Shown: positions 1-11,198, counted from the first letter of the stretch. The stretch: DNA of 64,000 nucleotides from Octopus bimaculoides (GCF_001194135.2 NC_068995.1:1262187-1326186); one strand, 5' to 3'. Translations and numbers: made by a program. Notes: generated by a model not told the origin, from the sequence alone.

Positions 1-140
1 TTGACAATGTGGACATATTGTCACAGCTGAGATGTTGACTGGTTGCTCATGTTGGCAGAGTGGACATGTTGGAACAGTGAACATTCTGACAGAATGGACA
101 ACAGACATTTTGACATGGTGGACCTATTGACAACATGGTT
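1..140. repeat. Degenerate minisatellite of about 17 nt
   Basis: Units resembling ttgacaNNgtggacatN recur about 6 times; stops in all three plus-strand frames. Confidence 0.5.
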
Positions 141-1539
141 GTGATGACAGAATGAACAGAAAAAGGAGAAAAAAATCAGTAGTATCCCAAAGGGGAACAG
201 GAAGTGGACAGATGAATTATGTGTTCATCAAAAAAGCAGTAAATAAATAAATATTTTGGTTGTTCTTGACCAAAGAATCTTATCTTTGGACACATTTCAG
301 ACAGCAAATGAATAGTTTTTTTTTGTTGTTTTCCTTTTTGCTGTTGTTATTTGTGTTTCTGTAATAATTTTTTTTGCTTTGTTTCAAAGTTTTCTGAAAA
401 AGTAATTTTAATAAATATTTGTTTTTTTAAAATTTCAATTTTTATATTCATTTCTTGAGATAGTTTAGTTTTTTAGTGTTATTTTTTATATTTAGTTTGT
501 AAATTCTTTTCTGATTTCCACAAATGTTTATACATATGTGTGTGTGTGTTTGTATTTATGTATGTCCGTATGTATATATGTGTATGTATGTAGACACATA
601 CACACATGTAAACAATGCAATCATAAAAACCCATCAATTTATACGTTAATAAAAGTTTTCAAAGATATTCATGAGTTTTGTTACATTTCATCTCCCAGTG
701 GCTTTGTTAAAGTCTTCTTTTGAACAGGTCTTCTCTCATGCCACTATAATACTTTAGGATGGCGCTGTATTAGTATGACAGGAACACTGTTCAAAAGATG
801 ATTTTACAATCACACCTCTTCTTTCAGGAATATTGGTAGACAAAATATAATAAAATTATGTAACAAAGCTCTAGAACATTTTTTAAAGTAATCCTTAAAT
901 TATATTCAATGCAAATAAATTGGTCAAGGAATTATTCCAAATGATCACCATTTAACCACATTCTATGGTTTAAGATTTAGAAAATGTCAGGGGGAAAGTC
1001 TATCATTTCACAAATTTAAAGCATAAACAGAAGTAAAGGCTGCTTCTTTTATGGCCACATAAACCAAGCAACACAAACAGAATGAGTCATTTGATCTTGA
1101 CTTTATGTACTCAACGACTTTGATTATCTTTAAAAACTGTCAGCAACACAGATTGACAGGTTTCTGTGATTGCATAAAATATATAAATTAACCTTATATT
1201 TATTTTATTGAGCATTTATCACTATGATATATGAAATATGCTTGATCACTATATCTATGTGTATGTATGTCAGTGTATGTATATATGTACATACATACGC
1301 ATATATACAATATGAAGAAATTTGTATGTAATAATGCACACACACACACACACACACATTCTTATATCAGTATGAGTATATGTATGTTTATACATGTTGT
1401 ATGAGTGAGTGTGTGTGTATGTGTGTTAATTTATATGAGATCAGTATGCTAATGTGTAAGATCATGTGAAAGAGTGATTAAACAAAATGATAGTCCCTAT
1501 ATGTAATTATGTAATATATATATATATATATATGTGTAT

Positions 1540-1596
<57 letters not shown>

Positions 1597-1715
1597 AATA
1601 CATACATATATAAATAGAGAGGGAGAGAGAGAGATTTGTGTGTGTATGTATGCATATTTGTGTGTATATGTATATATGCATGTATGTATGTATGTCCTGA
1701 AATTTTGAGAGTCAT

Positions 1716-1863
1716 TCATTGACAAAGATGTTCAGGAAAATAGCGGATGATTGCAACACCAGCATCACAGCGTTGGGTGGACATATTCTGGCCGATTATT
1801 TCCCAAGTGTTCTTCAAGGGGTCAAAACTCTCCATAGAATTTAGCAATGTATTTCCATCATAT
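1716..1863 (-). CDS. KLHL12: KLHL12 last coding exon (kelch repeat 6)
   Basis: atttcAG|(G)YDGNTLLNSMESFDPLKNTWEIIGQNMSTQRCDAGVAIIRYFPEHLCQ*; TGA at 1718-1716. Confidence 0.93.
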
Positions 1864-2039
1864 CTGAAATATATGGAAGATGGAGGAAATTTTGAAAAGA
1901 AATGGTAAGAATAAATAAAAAAAGAAGAAAAAAAGCATTAAAAAAATCTCAAGCTTCAAAAAAAAACCCCCAAATTTTATTTATTACATGTGTACGGAAG
2001 AAATCTACGGTGGATCAACTCAGAAGACATTGGTGGGAC

Positions 2040-2290
2040 CAAGATTATAGAATGGTACTTTGGGTATCTTCTAATATTGTTCCAATGCGTTGTGAGTGGA
2101 TTTGGTAGACGGAAACTGAAAGAAGCCCAGTGTGTGTGTTTCTGTCTCTTTGCCTTTATATAAGAAAATATTTCTGGTCATAGGAGAAGTATTACATTGC
2201 TTGGAAACAGACAAGATTTGGCAAAAGAAAAGGCATCCAGCCATAGAAAATCTGATATTCAGTCTGACCCATGGACGTTAAAATGATGAT
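2040..2290 (+). mobile_element. SINE family B (partial) in the last KLHL12 intron
   Basis: ttgtgagtggatttggtagacggaaactgaaagaagccc...ggcatccagccatagaaaatc...ggacgttaaaatgatgat. Confidence 0.7.
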
Positions 2291-2307
2291 ATATGTGTGT
2301 GTTTGTG

Positions 2308-2352
<45 letters not shown>

Positions 2353-2442
2353 ATATATGTATGTGTGTGTGTGTGTGTATATATATATATACATATCTGA
2401 ATGGCAAAGTAGATGTTAAATGATGAAAAAACTACAACTTAC

Positions 2443-2629
2443 CCAGCAACCACCAGAAGCTTCCCCCGTAAGATACAAGCACCAACATAACATCTTGGTA
2501 CAGTCATATTCTGTATTGATGTCCAGTGACCAGTGTAGCTGTTGAAACATTCTACGCTGGACAAATGGTTCGAGCCATCATAGCCACCACACACATATAT
2601 GATGTCATTAACAACAGCAACACCTGCCC
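2443..2629 (-). CDS. KLHL12: KLHL12 coding exon 9 (kelch repeat 5)
   Basis: atttcAG|(G)[61 protein letters not shown](G)|GTAAGT; 187 nt. Confidence 0.95.
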
Positions 2630-2709
2630 CTGAAATAGATAATTACATCAGCAATTTAAAATATACATAAAGGATACACTAACAATTTGAACATTCAACA
2701 TAACAGCGT

Positions 2710-3015
2710 ATGTGTGGTTGGCCTTTATGCTGGAAATAGCAGCTAAATCACCATCAAGCCACACTGTCCTGTATAATGTATCCTGGATACAATGAGTGAA
2801 TAAAAGATGTCATCAGAGCTGGAATGGCTTTGATCAAAGGTCTGCTTGACTGTGACTGCCTCGGGGTTAAACAACAACATCAAGGAAGGTCCTAAGTATA
2901 GAATGAGGAATAAAACATTATTAGAAAGGGTGGTCACAGATGGAACACCTTTGGTTGTAGGTTTGCTAGATTAGAGTTGTCCAGGGCCAAACAATAACAA
3001 CAACAACAACTAATG
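2710..3015 (+). repeat. Interspersed repeat with (AAC)n tail (family D)
   Basis: Ends ...gggttaaacaacaac or gggccaaacaataacaacaac; similar ends at 23460-23610, 27880-28075, 32660-32720 and 56160-56200. Confidence 0.5.
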
Positions 3016-3437
3016 ATTAAATTATGCATAAGTTTGTAAGTGGAATATGTAAAGAGAAGAAGAGCTTTTCACCAAATTAATTGTTGTCATATTAAACTAA
3101 TATACTTATTAATTTCAATCTAAGACAAAAACATTCATCATTTAGAATGTTTACTAAGCTAAGGGTCTGTAACTGCTACTAAAGAAACACAATAAGGCAG
3201 AACTTGTCCAGCATTAACTTCCTTTATTTGCTAACGACAAGATAATTTTTGTTACTTACTGATGAAAATAATACTGATTTTTATGAAGCAAAATTTCTAT
3301 CGAATAATGTGTCCAGTTCTGACAGACAGAAAAAAAAGGGAAATAAATAGCAATAATAAATAAACACAAAAAGAAAAAAAATACAAGCAGAAATAAAGGT
3401 AATAAATAAAGGTAATAAATAAAGGTGAGCTGCTGAC

Positions 3438-3695
3438 CTGATCGCCGAGTGGACATTGGTTCCATGGGTGACCATCGTTCAGTGTCTGGATCATAAACTT
3501 CTCCTGAATCAAGGAGATTAACCCCATCATATCCTCCAATACAGTAAATCTTGTCTCTGGCCACAACAAGTCCAGCTCCTTCCCGACCAACAGACATACC
3601 ACACAGTAATATCCACTGGTCAAGTACAACATTATAAACCTCCATACTTGTGTGTCGAGAGTAACCATCAAACCCACCACAAACATAGATTTTCC
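3438..3695 (-). CDS. KLHL12: KLHL12 coding exon 8 (kelch repeats 3-4)
   Basis: tttccAG|(G)[20 protein letters not shown]...[50 protein letters not shown](G)|GTCAGC; 258 nt. Confidence 0.95.
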
Positions 3696-4305
3696 CTGGA
3701 AAGAGATCAAACAAACAGCTTTGCATGATTTCTCTTGAAAATTTGTCATTGGTCAGTGATGACCACTGAAGCCTGGAACCTCAGTACAAATCTTTCACCA
3801 TTTCAGCCAATCCTATTTCTTTCACCTTCACACCCCATCCTCCATCCCCTGCCTCTTCCATCTCCTTCTTTTAACTTTCCCCTCACATCCTTATCTATTC
3901 ATCAATCACCATTCTTCACCTTTCCTCTCAATTCTTTTACATACTCATCTTCTTGTCCCTTGACAGTAAACATGTCACTACTGCTTTTGTCTTCTTTCCA
4001 GCCACTTATGACCACCTACCCTTAATTATACCGGGTAGCCACATATCTCCTCTATAACAAAAACACCTGTGCTTCTCCCTCCATCATACCTTTCAGACCA
4101 TGGCAACAAATAGAGAGGACAGCCAAGGCTTGTAAACTTTTGGCTTACAAGTATTGCAGCGCAATACTAACAACAACAACAGCAACAATAACAACACCAC
4201 CGTCCCCATCACAATAAATCTTAAACCACCAATGACAACAATAACAACAACATCATCATCATCATCACACCGTTCCGAAACATTTAAAGAAATCCAATTC
4301 CTTAC

Positions 4306-4498
4306 CTTTGTAAACACAGGCTCCAGCTAGGCCTCTGTGTTGATTCATTGGAGCCACATTTTGCCATTGGGCTTCTTCAGCTGTTGTGTCCAAACATTCT
4401 ACAGAGTTTAACCGTGCTTGACCATCATAGCCACCAATAACATAAATTTTACCATTTAACGATACTGCAGATACATAGCGCCGGGATTTCAGCAGACT
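4306..4498 (-). CDS. KLHL12: KLHL12 coding exon 7 (kelch repeats 1-2)
   Basis: cactAG|[64 protein letters not shown](G)|GTAAGG; 193 nt. Confidence 0.93.
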
Positions 4499-4577
4499 CT
4501 AGTGGAACCAATTAGAATAATATGATGATTAATTTGAAACAATGTGAATCAAATAAGCATTTGACAGAGTATGGAAT

Positions 4578-4870
4578 NNNNNNNNNNNNNNNNNNNNNNN
4601 NNNNNNNNNNNNNNNNNNNNNNNNNNNNNNNNNNNNNNNNNNNNNNNNNNNNNNNNNNNNNNNNNNNNNNNNNNNNNNNNNNNNNNNNNNNNNNNNNNNN
4701 NNNNNNNNNNNNNNNNNNNNNNNNNNNNNNNNNNNNNNNNNNNNNNNNNNNNNNNNNNNNNNNNNNNNNNNNNNNNNNNNNNNNNNNNNNNNNNNNNNNN
4801 NNNNNNNNNNNNNNNNNNNNNNNNNNNNNNNNNNNNNNNNNNNNNNNNNNNNNNNNNNNNNNNNNNNNNN
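4578..4870. other. Assembly gap (293 N) expected to hide KLHL12 coding exon 6
   Basis: The flanking exons skip the first kelch segment and need an exon of length 2 mod 3; no such exon is visible in the sequenced part of this intron. Confidence 0.8.
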
Positions 4871-5167
4871 GTTTGTTGGGGTTAAAATGATGAGTAATAG
4901 TGGATGTAGATTGATGTTGTTGGTAGCAATGAGAGAGAGAGAGAGGAAGAGATAGAGAGAAAGAGAGAGAGAGAGATAAACTGATAGACAAAGAGAGGAA
5001 CAGAGAGAGTGGCAAAAACAGAGAGAGTGACAGAAAGACACAAACACAGAGAAACAGAGAAAGAGCAATAGAGACACACACACACAGAGATAGAGAGAGA
5101 GTGTGTGTGTGTGTGTGTGTGTGTAGAAGCGTTGTTCCAGAAAAGTGTAAAACAGTGGAGTATTCAC

Positions 5168-5282
5168 CATAACGGGGTTGAGTCCTCAGGCTACACATAC
5201 CACTCCGAAGATCTGGACGTAGATGGAATTTCTTTGCTTCATCAACGAGATCCCGACATTCATGGCACCGTCGAATTAATGG
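5168..5282 (-). CDS. KLHL12: KLHL12 coding exon 5
   Basis: AG|PLIRRCHECRDLVDEAKKFHLRPDLRSGMCSLRTQPRY(G)|GTGAAT; 115 nt. The CRDLVDEAKKFHLRP motif is characteristic of KLHL12. Confidence 0.93.
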
Positions 5283-6153
5283 CTTTCATGGGAGGAAGAA
5301 GAAAAAACAATTTAGAAATAAAAAGATACAAAAAAAACAATTTAAATAGCAAACAAAATGAGAAGAATTCCATGGAATTAAGGAAAATCCCCAATTCACA
5401 ATTCATAAACCTTGGGCAAACTGTGACCCATGGAACTTTCTGAAAAGCACAACTAATGGAAAATTATCTTGGATTTCTTTTGCAGTGGTGCAGCCTGCTT
5501 TATGGAGAGGCATGTTCTATGCAGCCCCACTTTTTGCAAAAGATTGGTCATGCTTGATATAAACACTGACAGAGGTGTGTGCATGTATTTATGTACCTGT
5601 GTGTGTGTGTGTATGAGTGTTTGTATATGTGCATGTGTGTGTGTGTTGTATATACATACTCATAAATGCTCTATATTGTTTATGTTTAAAAATTCTAACG
5701 TTTTATGTTTTTTTTATTTATGACAGAGCAACAATCTTAGCAGCTTTTCTTCTGGCTTTAGGTGCTGTGTTCAAATCCCACCAAGGTTGACGTTGCCTTT
5801 AAGAATCAAATATGCAAATATTGCTTAGTGATTAGAAGAAAACCACCCAGAGGGCAGTGTTTCCAGCATGGCAGCCATGGCAACAGCCTAATGACTGGAA
5901 CCAGTGATAGGAATACTCAGCCAGCAAGATATTTTGCTCACACCATTTTCAGAGATTTTTTTTAATGGATGCTTCATGGGGAATATTTAAATACCCTCTT
6001 CCCCTAGTATATGACTGGTATTTATTTTTACTTCAACATCTCCAGAAAGATGAAAGTCAAAGTTGTCCTGGGCAAGGATTGAACTCAGAACATAAAGAGC
6101 TGGAAATAACTACCATAGACATTCTACCCATAAGCACCTTCTTAGATACTGAC

Positions 6154-6303
6154 CTCTGTATCAATTTTATCCGTGATGTACCAGGCCGACAGGAGTGGCA
6201 GCCGAACATGTTGAAGGAGGCGGGCAAGCTTATCTTTTCTGGTTTCTGGATCATATTTCACCCATTTGACAACAGCTTCATAGACAGGTTCTTCACAAAT
6301 CAC
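6154..6303 (-). CDS. KLHL12: KLHL12 coding exon 4 (BACK)
   Basis: ttcAG|VICEEPVYEAVVKWVKYDPETRKDKLARLLQHVRLPLLSAWYITDKIDTE|GTCAGT; 150 nt. Confidence 0.95.
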
Positions 6304-6452
6304 CTGAACCAAACGGAAACAACACAATAACAAATACATGAATCAGTTTTCAATGTATCAGAGCATGACAAATAGAAAATGATTATCTTGATGGTGGTGG
6401 TGACAATGAATGCAAATTGCCATAAAGTAGTAAGGTCTATTGTATAAACTAC

Positions 6453-6670
6453 CTCAATTTCATCACTTTGTATCAAGCGTTCGACTTCTTCCACTGGCAA
6501 AAGTCGAAACTCCTCGTTCTGTATGATTTCATCGAACGCTTTCACACTGTATTTCTCTGCAGCAGTCAACAGTCTTTCGCAGCCGTGATTTTCAGCAAAG
6601 ATCTTAATACCCAAGCAGTTGGTGGGGTCCAGTTGTTTCTCAAGGAAGGCACTGCATGCATTTTTGACCC
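6453..6670 (-). CDS. KLHL12: KLHL12 coding exon 3 (BTB/BACK)
   Basis: tttcAG|(G)VKNACSAFLEKQLDPTNCLGIKIFAENHGCERLL...LIQSDEIE|GTAGTT; 218 nt. Confidence 0.95.
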
Positions 6671-6985
6671 CTGAAATAGTAGCAATCATAGGAACACACA
6701 ATAGACAATATTATTTTCTTTACAAATGCATGAAAAAAAAAAAAAACGAGAGAAGCTAAACCTGCTTAATGAATAAACAAAACCTTCCTACTTTCAACTA
6801 CATCTTTAAAAGAAGGACCCCAAAAGCTAAAGAGAGAACTCTTATAAACTGAATCAACTTGTTCATATCCATCCGAAACCTGGAGTGTAAGAAGGTCATC
6901 AATGCACAAAAATACTTCCTTTCACCATCATCATTTAATGTTCCTTTTTCCCTGCTGGTATGGGTCAGATGATTTCATAGGAGCT

Positions 6986-7408
6986 GGAAGTAGCACTGCT
7001 TCCTGTCGGCCTTGACACATTTCCTGTGTCCTTATGTTTACAAGGGGGAGACAAGCACCTCCACCCAACTAAGCCTGCATCCAGAGACATGGTTCTGAGT
7101 CTTTGCTCGTCATCAGTCTGGAGTAGCATGATCTGCTAGTCGAAGATGCCTGTCAAGCTCTTGTAAACATATAATAATTCTAGTGAAACACATTCACTGA
7201 TTTCAAAAATAGAAATAATACATTTCTAAATATCTCAGAGAGATTTATGCAGTAGTGATACGATAAAGTAATTGTATGCTGTCAACTTAATGTGACAGTC
7301 CCACGAAGGGAATAATACTACTGCTATTTAGCCCTAGGAAGCAGCATTGTTTCCTGTCAGCCTTGACACATTTCCTGTTGTATGCTGTCAACTTAATGTG
7401 ACAGTCCC
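6986..7408 (-). mobile_element. HHR-containing direct-repeat unit (retrozyme/Penelope-like)
   Basis: A 42-nt imperfect direct repeat at 6986 and 7337 (period 351 nt) flanks the HHR motif; there is also an exact 31-nt repeat at 7272-7302 and 7378-7408. Confidence 0.45.
7080..7122 (-). ncRNA. Type I hammerhead-ribozyme-like motif (degenerate)
   Basis: Minus strand reads UCCAGA-CUGAUGA-C-GAG CAAAGA CUC-AGAA-C CAU G-UC-UCUGGA. Stem I is a perfect 6 bp, CUGAUGA is intact, stem II is GAG/CUC and the GUC cleavage triplet is present. The GAAA core reads AGAA. Confidence 0.6.
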
Positions 7409-7454
7409 CTTTATGGCTTTATTATAACTGAACATAAAACTAACACACACACAC

Positions 7455-7615
7455 ACAGATATGATGGGTTTCTTCCAGTCTCCATTTATCGAATTTATTC
7501 AGAAGGCTCTGATCAGACCAAGATTATTGTAGAAGACACTTGTCCATGGTGCCACAAAGTGGGACAGAACCCAAGACCCTATGGTTGGAAATCAAACTTC
7601 TTAACCAATCAAGCC
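7455..7615 (-). mobile_element. SINE family B, 5' half
   Basis: Reverse complement of the head and body (agaagacacttgtcc..gtgccac..gtgggacagaaccc). Confidence 0.7.
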
Positions 7616-8476
7616 AATTAGCTGTGCTTAATATTAGATTAAATACTTTATAATTATGCCTTAAATGATGGAAATATCAGGTTGCTGGTGCCAGTTGCAT
7701 GATGTTTACAAACACAGGTTCACATCAGAGATCATCTTTATCAATGTCTAACTAAATACAGTAAAAGTTTGCTCACAAACTTTGTTGATTAGGAAATAAT
7801 CAGTAAACACTTTTATCACCAAAAACAAAAGGAACTGACGTTTGCAGTAATGGAACAATGTTTATTATCTCAACACAAATCCACAGAAACGTGTGTGTGT
7901 GTGTGTGTGTGTGAGTTGGTGCTATAAATAGACATTGGGTCCACGTCATTATCAATGTTGACACAATTTATGTCACATGAAATTACTAAATGCAGGAAAC
8001 AACTAAATGAAACTCTGGAGTGTTTTGAAAATGTTTTCTAATTAAATGCCATGTTTAATTGGTAATGACGTAAGTATGATTTTAGTCATTATTCTATCCA
8101 ATAATTACGATAAATCTGACACTCCACTCCTGTATTCGCCTTACGTTGGGGGATGACATGGTCTGCAGCTGCAAGTTTCGTGTTTGATACGCTCAAACAA
8201 AGACGTCATGTGTATTAATAGTCAAGATATAATTATTTTTAGTTTTCAGGATTTTATTCATCATCATCATCATCAGTCTATTCAGTCAGTATCTACACAG
8301 GAGAGTCACCATCAACACACTGAATCTATCCAACAAACATGCACAGTTTATTTGCTTAAAAATCTCAACTCCTCTGCTCTAAAAATGCATAAATTAAAAA
8401 CTGTGATAATAATTGAAAAATGCAGTGAAAGTAAATTGGAAAAGAAGACATTTATAAAGGTGTTGTCATATCTTAC

Positions 8477-8630
8477 CTGTGAGCTGGAGTAAGCAGGCAG
8501 CAGGTAATAATTCTTGGACATTGCTTATATTAACACAGACAGTTTCGGTATAGATGAAATCCAGCAGGACTTGCATGACAGTTGCTGAAACACCTTGAAT
8601 ATGGATCTTTGACTCGCTTTTTTCAGACAT
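8477..8630 (-). CDS. KLHL12: KLHL12 coding exon 2 (BTB)
   Basis: ttatttaAG|[51 protein letters not shown](G)|GTAAGA; 154 nt, phases fit. Confidence 0.95.
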
Positions 8631-8695
8631 CTTAAATAACAATCAAACAGACTTAAACAAGTAAATATTAAATGAAAACATTTAAGTCAGAAATA

Positions 8696-8934
8696 TTAAC
8701 CCTTTCGTTACCATATTTCTGTTGAAATACACTGCTTTGGTTTCAATAGTTTTTGGAGATAATGAAGAATTTAATAAAATGGCTTTGTTCCATTGTTAAA
8801 CTGGGGTTTGGAATATAAAATCAACTGAAATCAAATGTAAATTTGATGGAAGGTTTCAAGATCACTTTTAAAATAGAAAGTTTGTATCCTAGAACCAGGA
8901 TACAATATCTGGCAAGAGAGTATCAAAAAGTTAA
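8696..8934. mobile_element. TTAA-flanked piggyBac-like MITE, family 1
   Basis: TTAA-CCCTTTCGTTACC ... AGTATCAAAAAG-TTAA; internal sequence shared with 32730-32970 and partly with 55970-56103. Confidence 0.7.
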
Positions 8935-9109
8935 ACAACAGTCAGTACTATTCTGATGTGTCTGTGGAACACTCAGTCATTTACACGTTAATTCAAGGGC
9001 AGATAATTCAGCTGATCGAGCAACTGAATCTTCATCGAACTTTGGAAATCCATCACCACTTCATCTCATGTTAAACATTTATTTGCAATTTTGTTTAATT
9101 AATAGAAAA

Positions 9110-9455
9110 CATCACCCTCTCATCTTTTTAACATCCACTTTTCCATGCTATCATGGATTGGACAGAATTCACTGAGGCAGATTTTCTACAACCAGATGCC
9201 TTTCCTGCATTCAAACCTCACCATCTTCCAAGCAAGGCAATATTTTACCCCTACAACAGGATACATCTTTCCACAAAAGATCAGAAATGAATGACACTGC
9301 TTGTATAACAGTGATACTCATTTACAACCATCATACACTCCTAAGACTTTGGTCATCCTGGGACTGTAGTAAAGGCGACTTGCCCAATGTTCCACTCAGT
9401 GGGATTGAACTCAAAAACCACATGGCTGGGAGGTAAACTTTTTAATCACTCGCCG
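9110..9455 (-). mobile_element. SINE family B
   Basis: Reverse complement of the family B head and RTE-like tail. Confidence 0.7.
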
Positions 9456-9561
9456 TGAAGGAATATCATTACGAATATGGTAACTAAAGGGAAGAAAAAA
9501 ATGAAACCATCAGTTCTGAGCTGCAGCTAACTCACAAAGCCGAGAGTGAAAGAGTTCTCAC

Positions 9562-9762
9562 CTCATTAGTGAACATGGCACAGAAGTAATCACTGCAGGC
9601 TGCCAACACAATCCTGTGGACTGGGAAGTCCATTCCACCCACATGCAAAGTGACATCACACAGGACCCGTGTCTTACGCAGTAAATTCATTGTGGTCAGC
9701 AGAGGTTTAGCATGGCAGTTTGTAAACACCTCACTGGCCTGCTCCTCTTCAAGGTAAGCCAT
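9562..9762 (-). CDS. KLHL12: Kelch-like protein 12, first coding exon (BTB N-terminus)
   Basis: [67 protein letters not shown] followed by a GTGAGA donor. An in-frame TGA lies upstream of the ATG within the same exon (acceptor before 9841), so this ATG is the start. Confidence 0.95.
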
Positions 9763-10149
9763 GGCGCCAGAAAGCAGGAACTGCTGAAGCAGCGCTTTTT
9801 GATACTCAGATCATCAAAGAGCTGTGGATGAAGAGGAAAACCTGCAAAAGAGAGAAGAAAAGAAACATAAAAAAAAGCAGTGATTAAAGAATCAGGAGCC
9901 AAAAAAAGTTGGGGTTTATTGAGAAAATGCTATGGTTGAAATCTGTTGATTATATATGTTTATGTATGCATGTATGTAAATATATGCACACATCTATACA
10001 TATACATATATATCTATATACTATTCAAAGTCAGATTAAATCTTTGCATGCTTGAACATAAAGAGTAGGGAAGAAATGCCACTAAGTAGTTTTCTCTGAT
10101 GCACAGACCATTATACTAGCTCAGGAATAATAATAATAATAATTATAAT

Positions 10150-10262
10150 AATGAATCACGAAAGTATTTGAAAGTTGCAAGAACAGGTAGCATGGTACCA
10201 TAGGCTGCAGGTATAGCAAGACTCCAGGAGTTCCAACTAAACTTGAGTTAAAAGAATAATGA
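10150..10262 (+). mobile_element. Short 3'-terminal fragment of the same R4/Dong-like family
   Basis: ...aggctgcaggta..aagactccaggagttcca.. is shared with the 49680-49740 minus-strand copy; flanked by (TAA)n on both sides. Confidence 0.55.
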
Positions 10263-10392
10263 TAAGAATCGTCTCGAATTTTGGCAAAAGGCAAGCAATT
10301 TTGAGGGGAGGGGGAAGTCATATTGAGCCCTGTACTCGACTGGTATTTATTTTATTGACCTGAAAAGAATGAAAAGCAAAGATGACCTGGTG
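10257..10392 (-). mobile_element. SINE family A, 3' half
   Basis: Reverse complement of the core (aggtcatctttgcttttcattcttttcaggtcaataaaataaataccag) and tail. Confidence 0.65.
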
Positions 10393-10764
10393 TTCCCCAG
10401 ATGGAAGTGATGGAAATGAATTCGGCTACATCTGCATCAGCACAACATGATGCTCAAAAAGTAGATGTCAAAGTGTGTAGGGACACAGATGCAGGATCAG
10501 ACCGTCCTCTTCTTTGGGCAGTGCTACAAACTGAAGCCTGAAGAGTTAACAAAGCAAAAAGTAGACGGTCCCTTTGCAGTGGAAAGACTGAAGGTGGTCC
10601 CAGTGCTGCAGTTTTCATATGTGCACACACAGACACACACATATGCATGCATGCATGTATATATACACACACACACACAAATCTATACACACACATATAT
10701 ATGTATAAATACATCCGATATATATGTGTGTGTGTGTGTGTGTACACACACAGAGATACACACA

Positions 10765-10900
10765 TATAGTTTTCAAATTTACCGAAAATAAAAGACGAAG
10801 ACAGGTGATGGAACAAGAAGCAGGTGTATTAGTTTAACGTTCGGGAAGAATGGCAAAGTCATTGACGTTTCGTGTCCACGCTCTTAGACAGAAACGGTTG
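10765..10900 (-). mobile_element. Penelope-like terminal fragment with decayed minimal HHR-like motif
   Basis: Minus strand: CTGTCTA-A-GAGC GTGG ACAC-GAAAC GTC, followed by ...cttcccgaacgttaaactaatacacctgc; resembles PLE pLTR ends. Confidence 0.35.
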
Positions 10901-11198
10901 AGAGGGGAAACAATGGAGAAAGAAAGAAAGAAAAAAACGGAGAGTGAAAAATATGGGGAGGGATTCACGTTTTAACACAGTGCATATACATATATGTGGA
11001 CACATAGACATATAGATATATATATGCACGTATGTCTATACACATAACAGACATACACATATGTGTACACATGCATACTAAAGATAGCATACATATATAC
11101 ACGCATGCATACACATCTACATTTTTTTTAATTGCCAACTGAAAATAGTGTTCGGTAAATGTTGCATAAAGCGTATTTGAACGAAACTGGCGATTTAC

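Noticed and set aside
1-250. Possible last coding exon of an upstream plus-strand gene
   Set aside because: All three plus-strand frames contain stops within the first 130 nt; better explained as a degenerate minisatellite or UTR.
4340-4360. KLHL12 PMNQHRG versus the recalled human PMNVRRG as another A-to-I (His to Arg) site
   Set aside because: This kelch position is variable, so there is little prior reason to expect restoration; much weaker than the POLK site.
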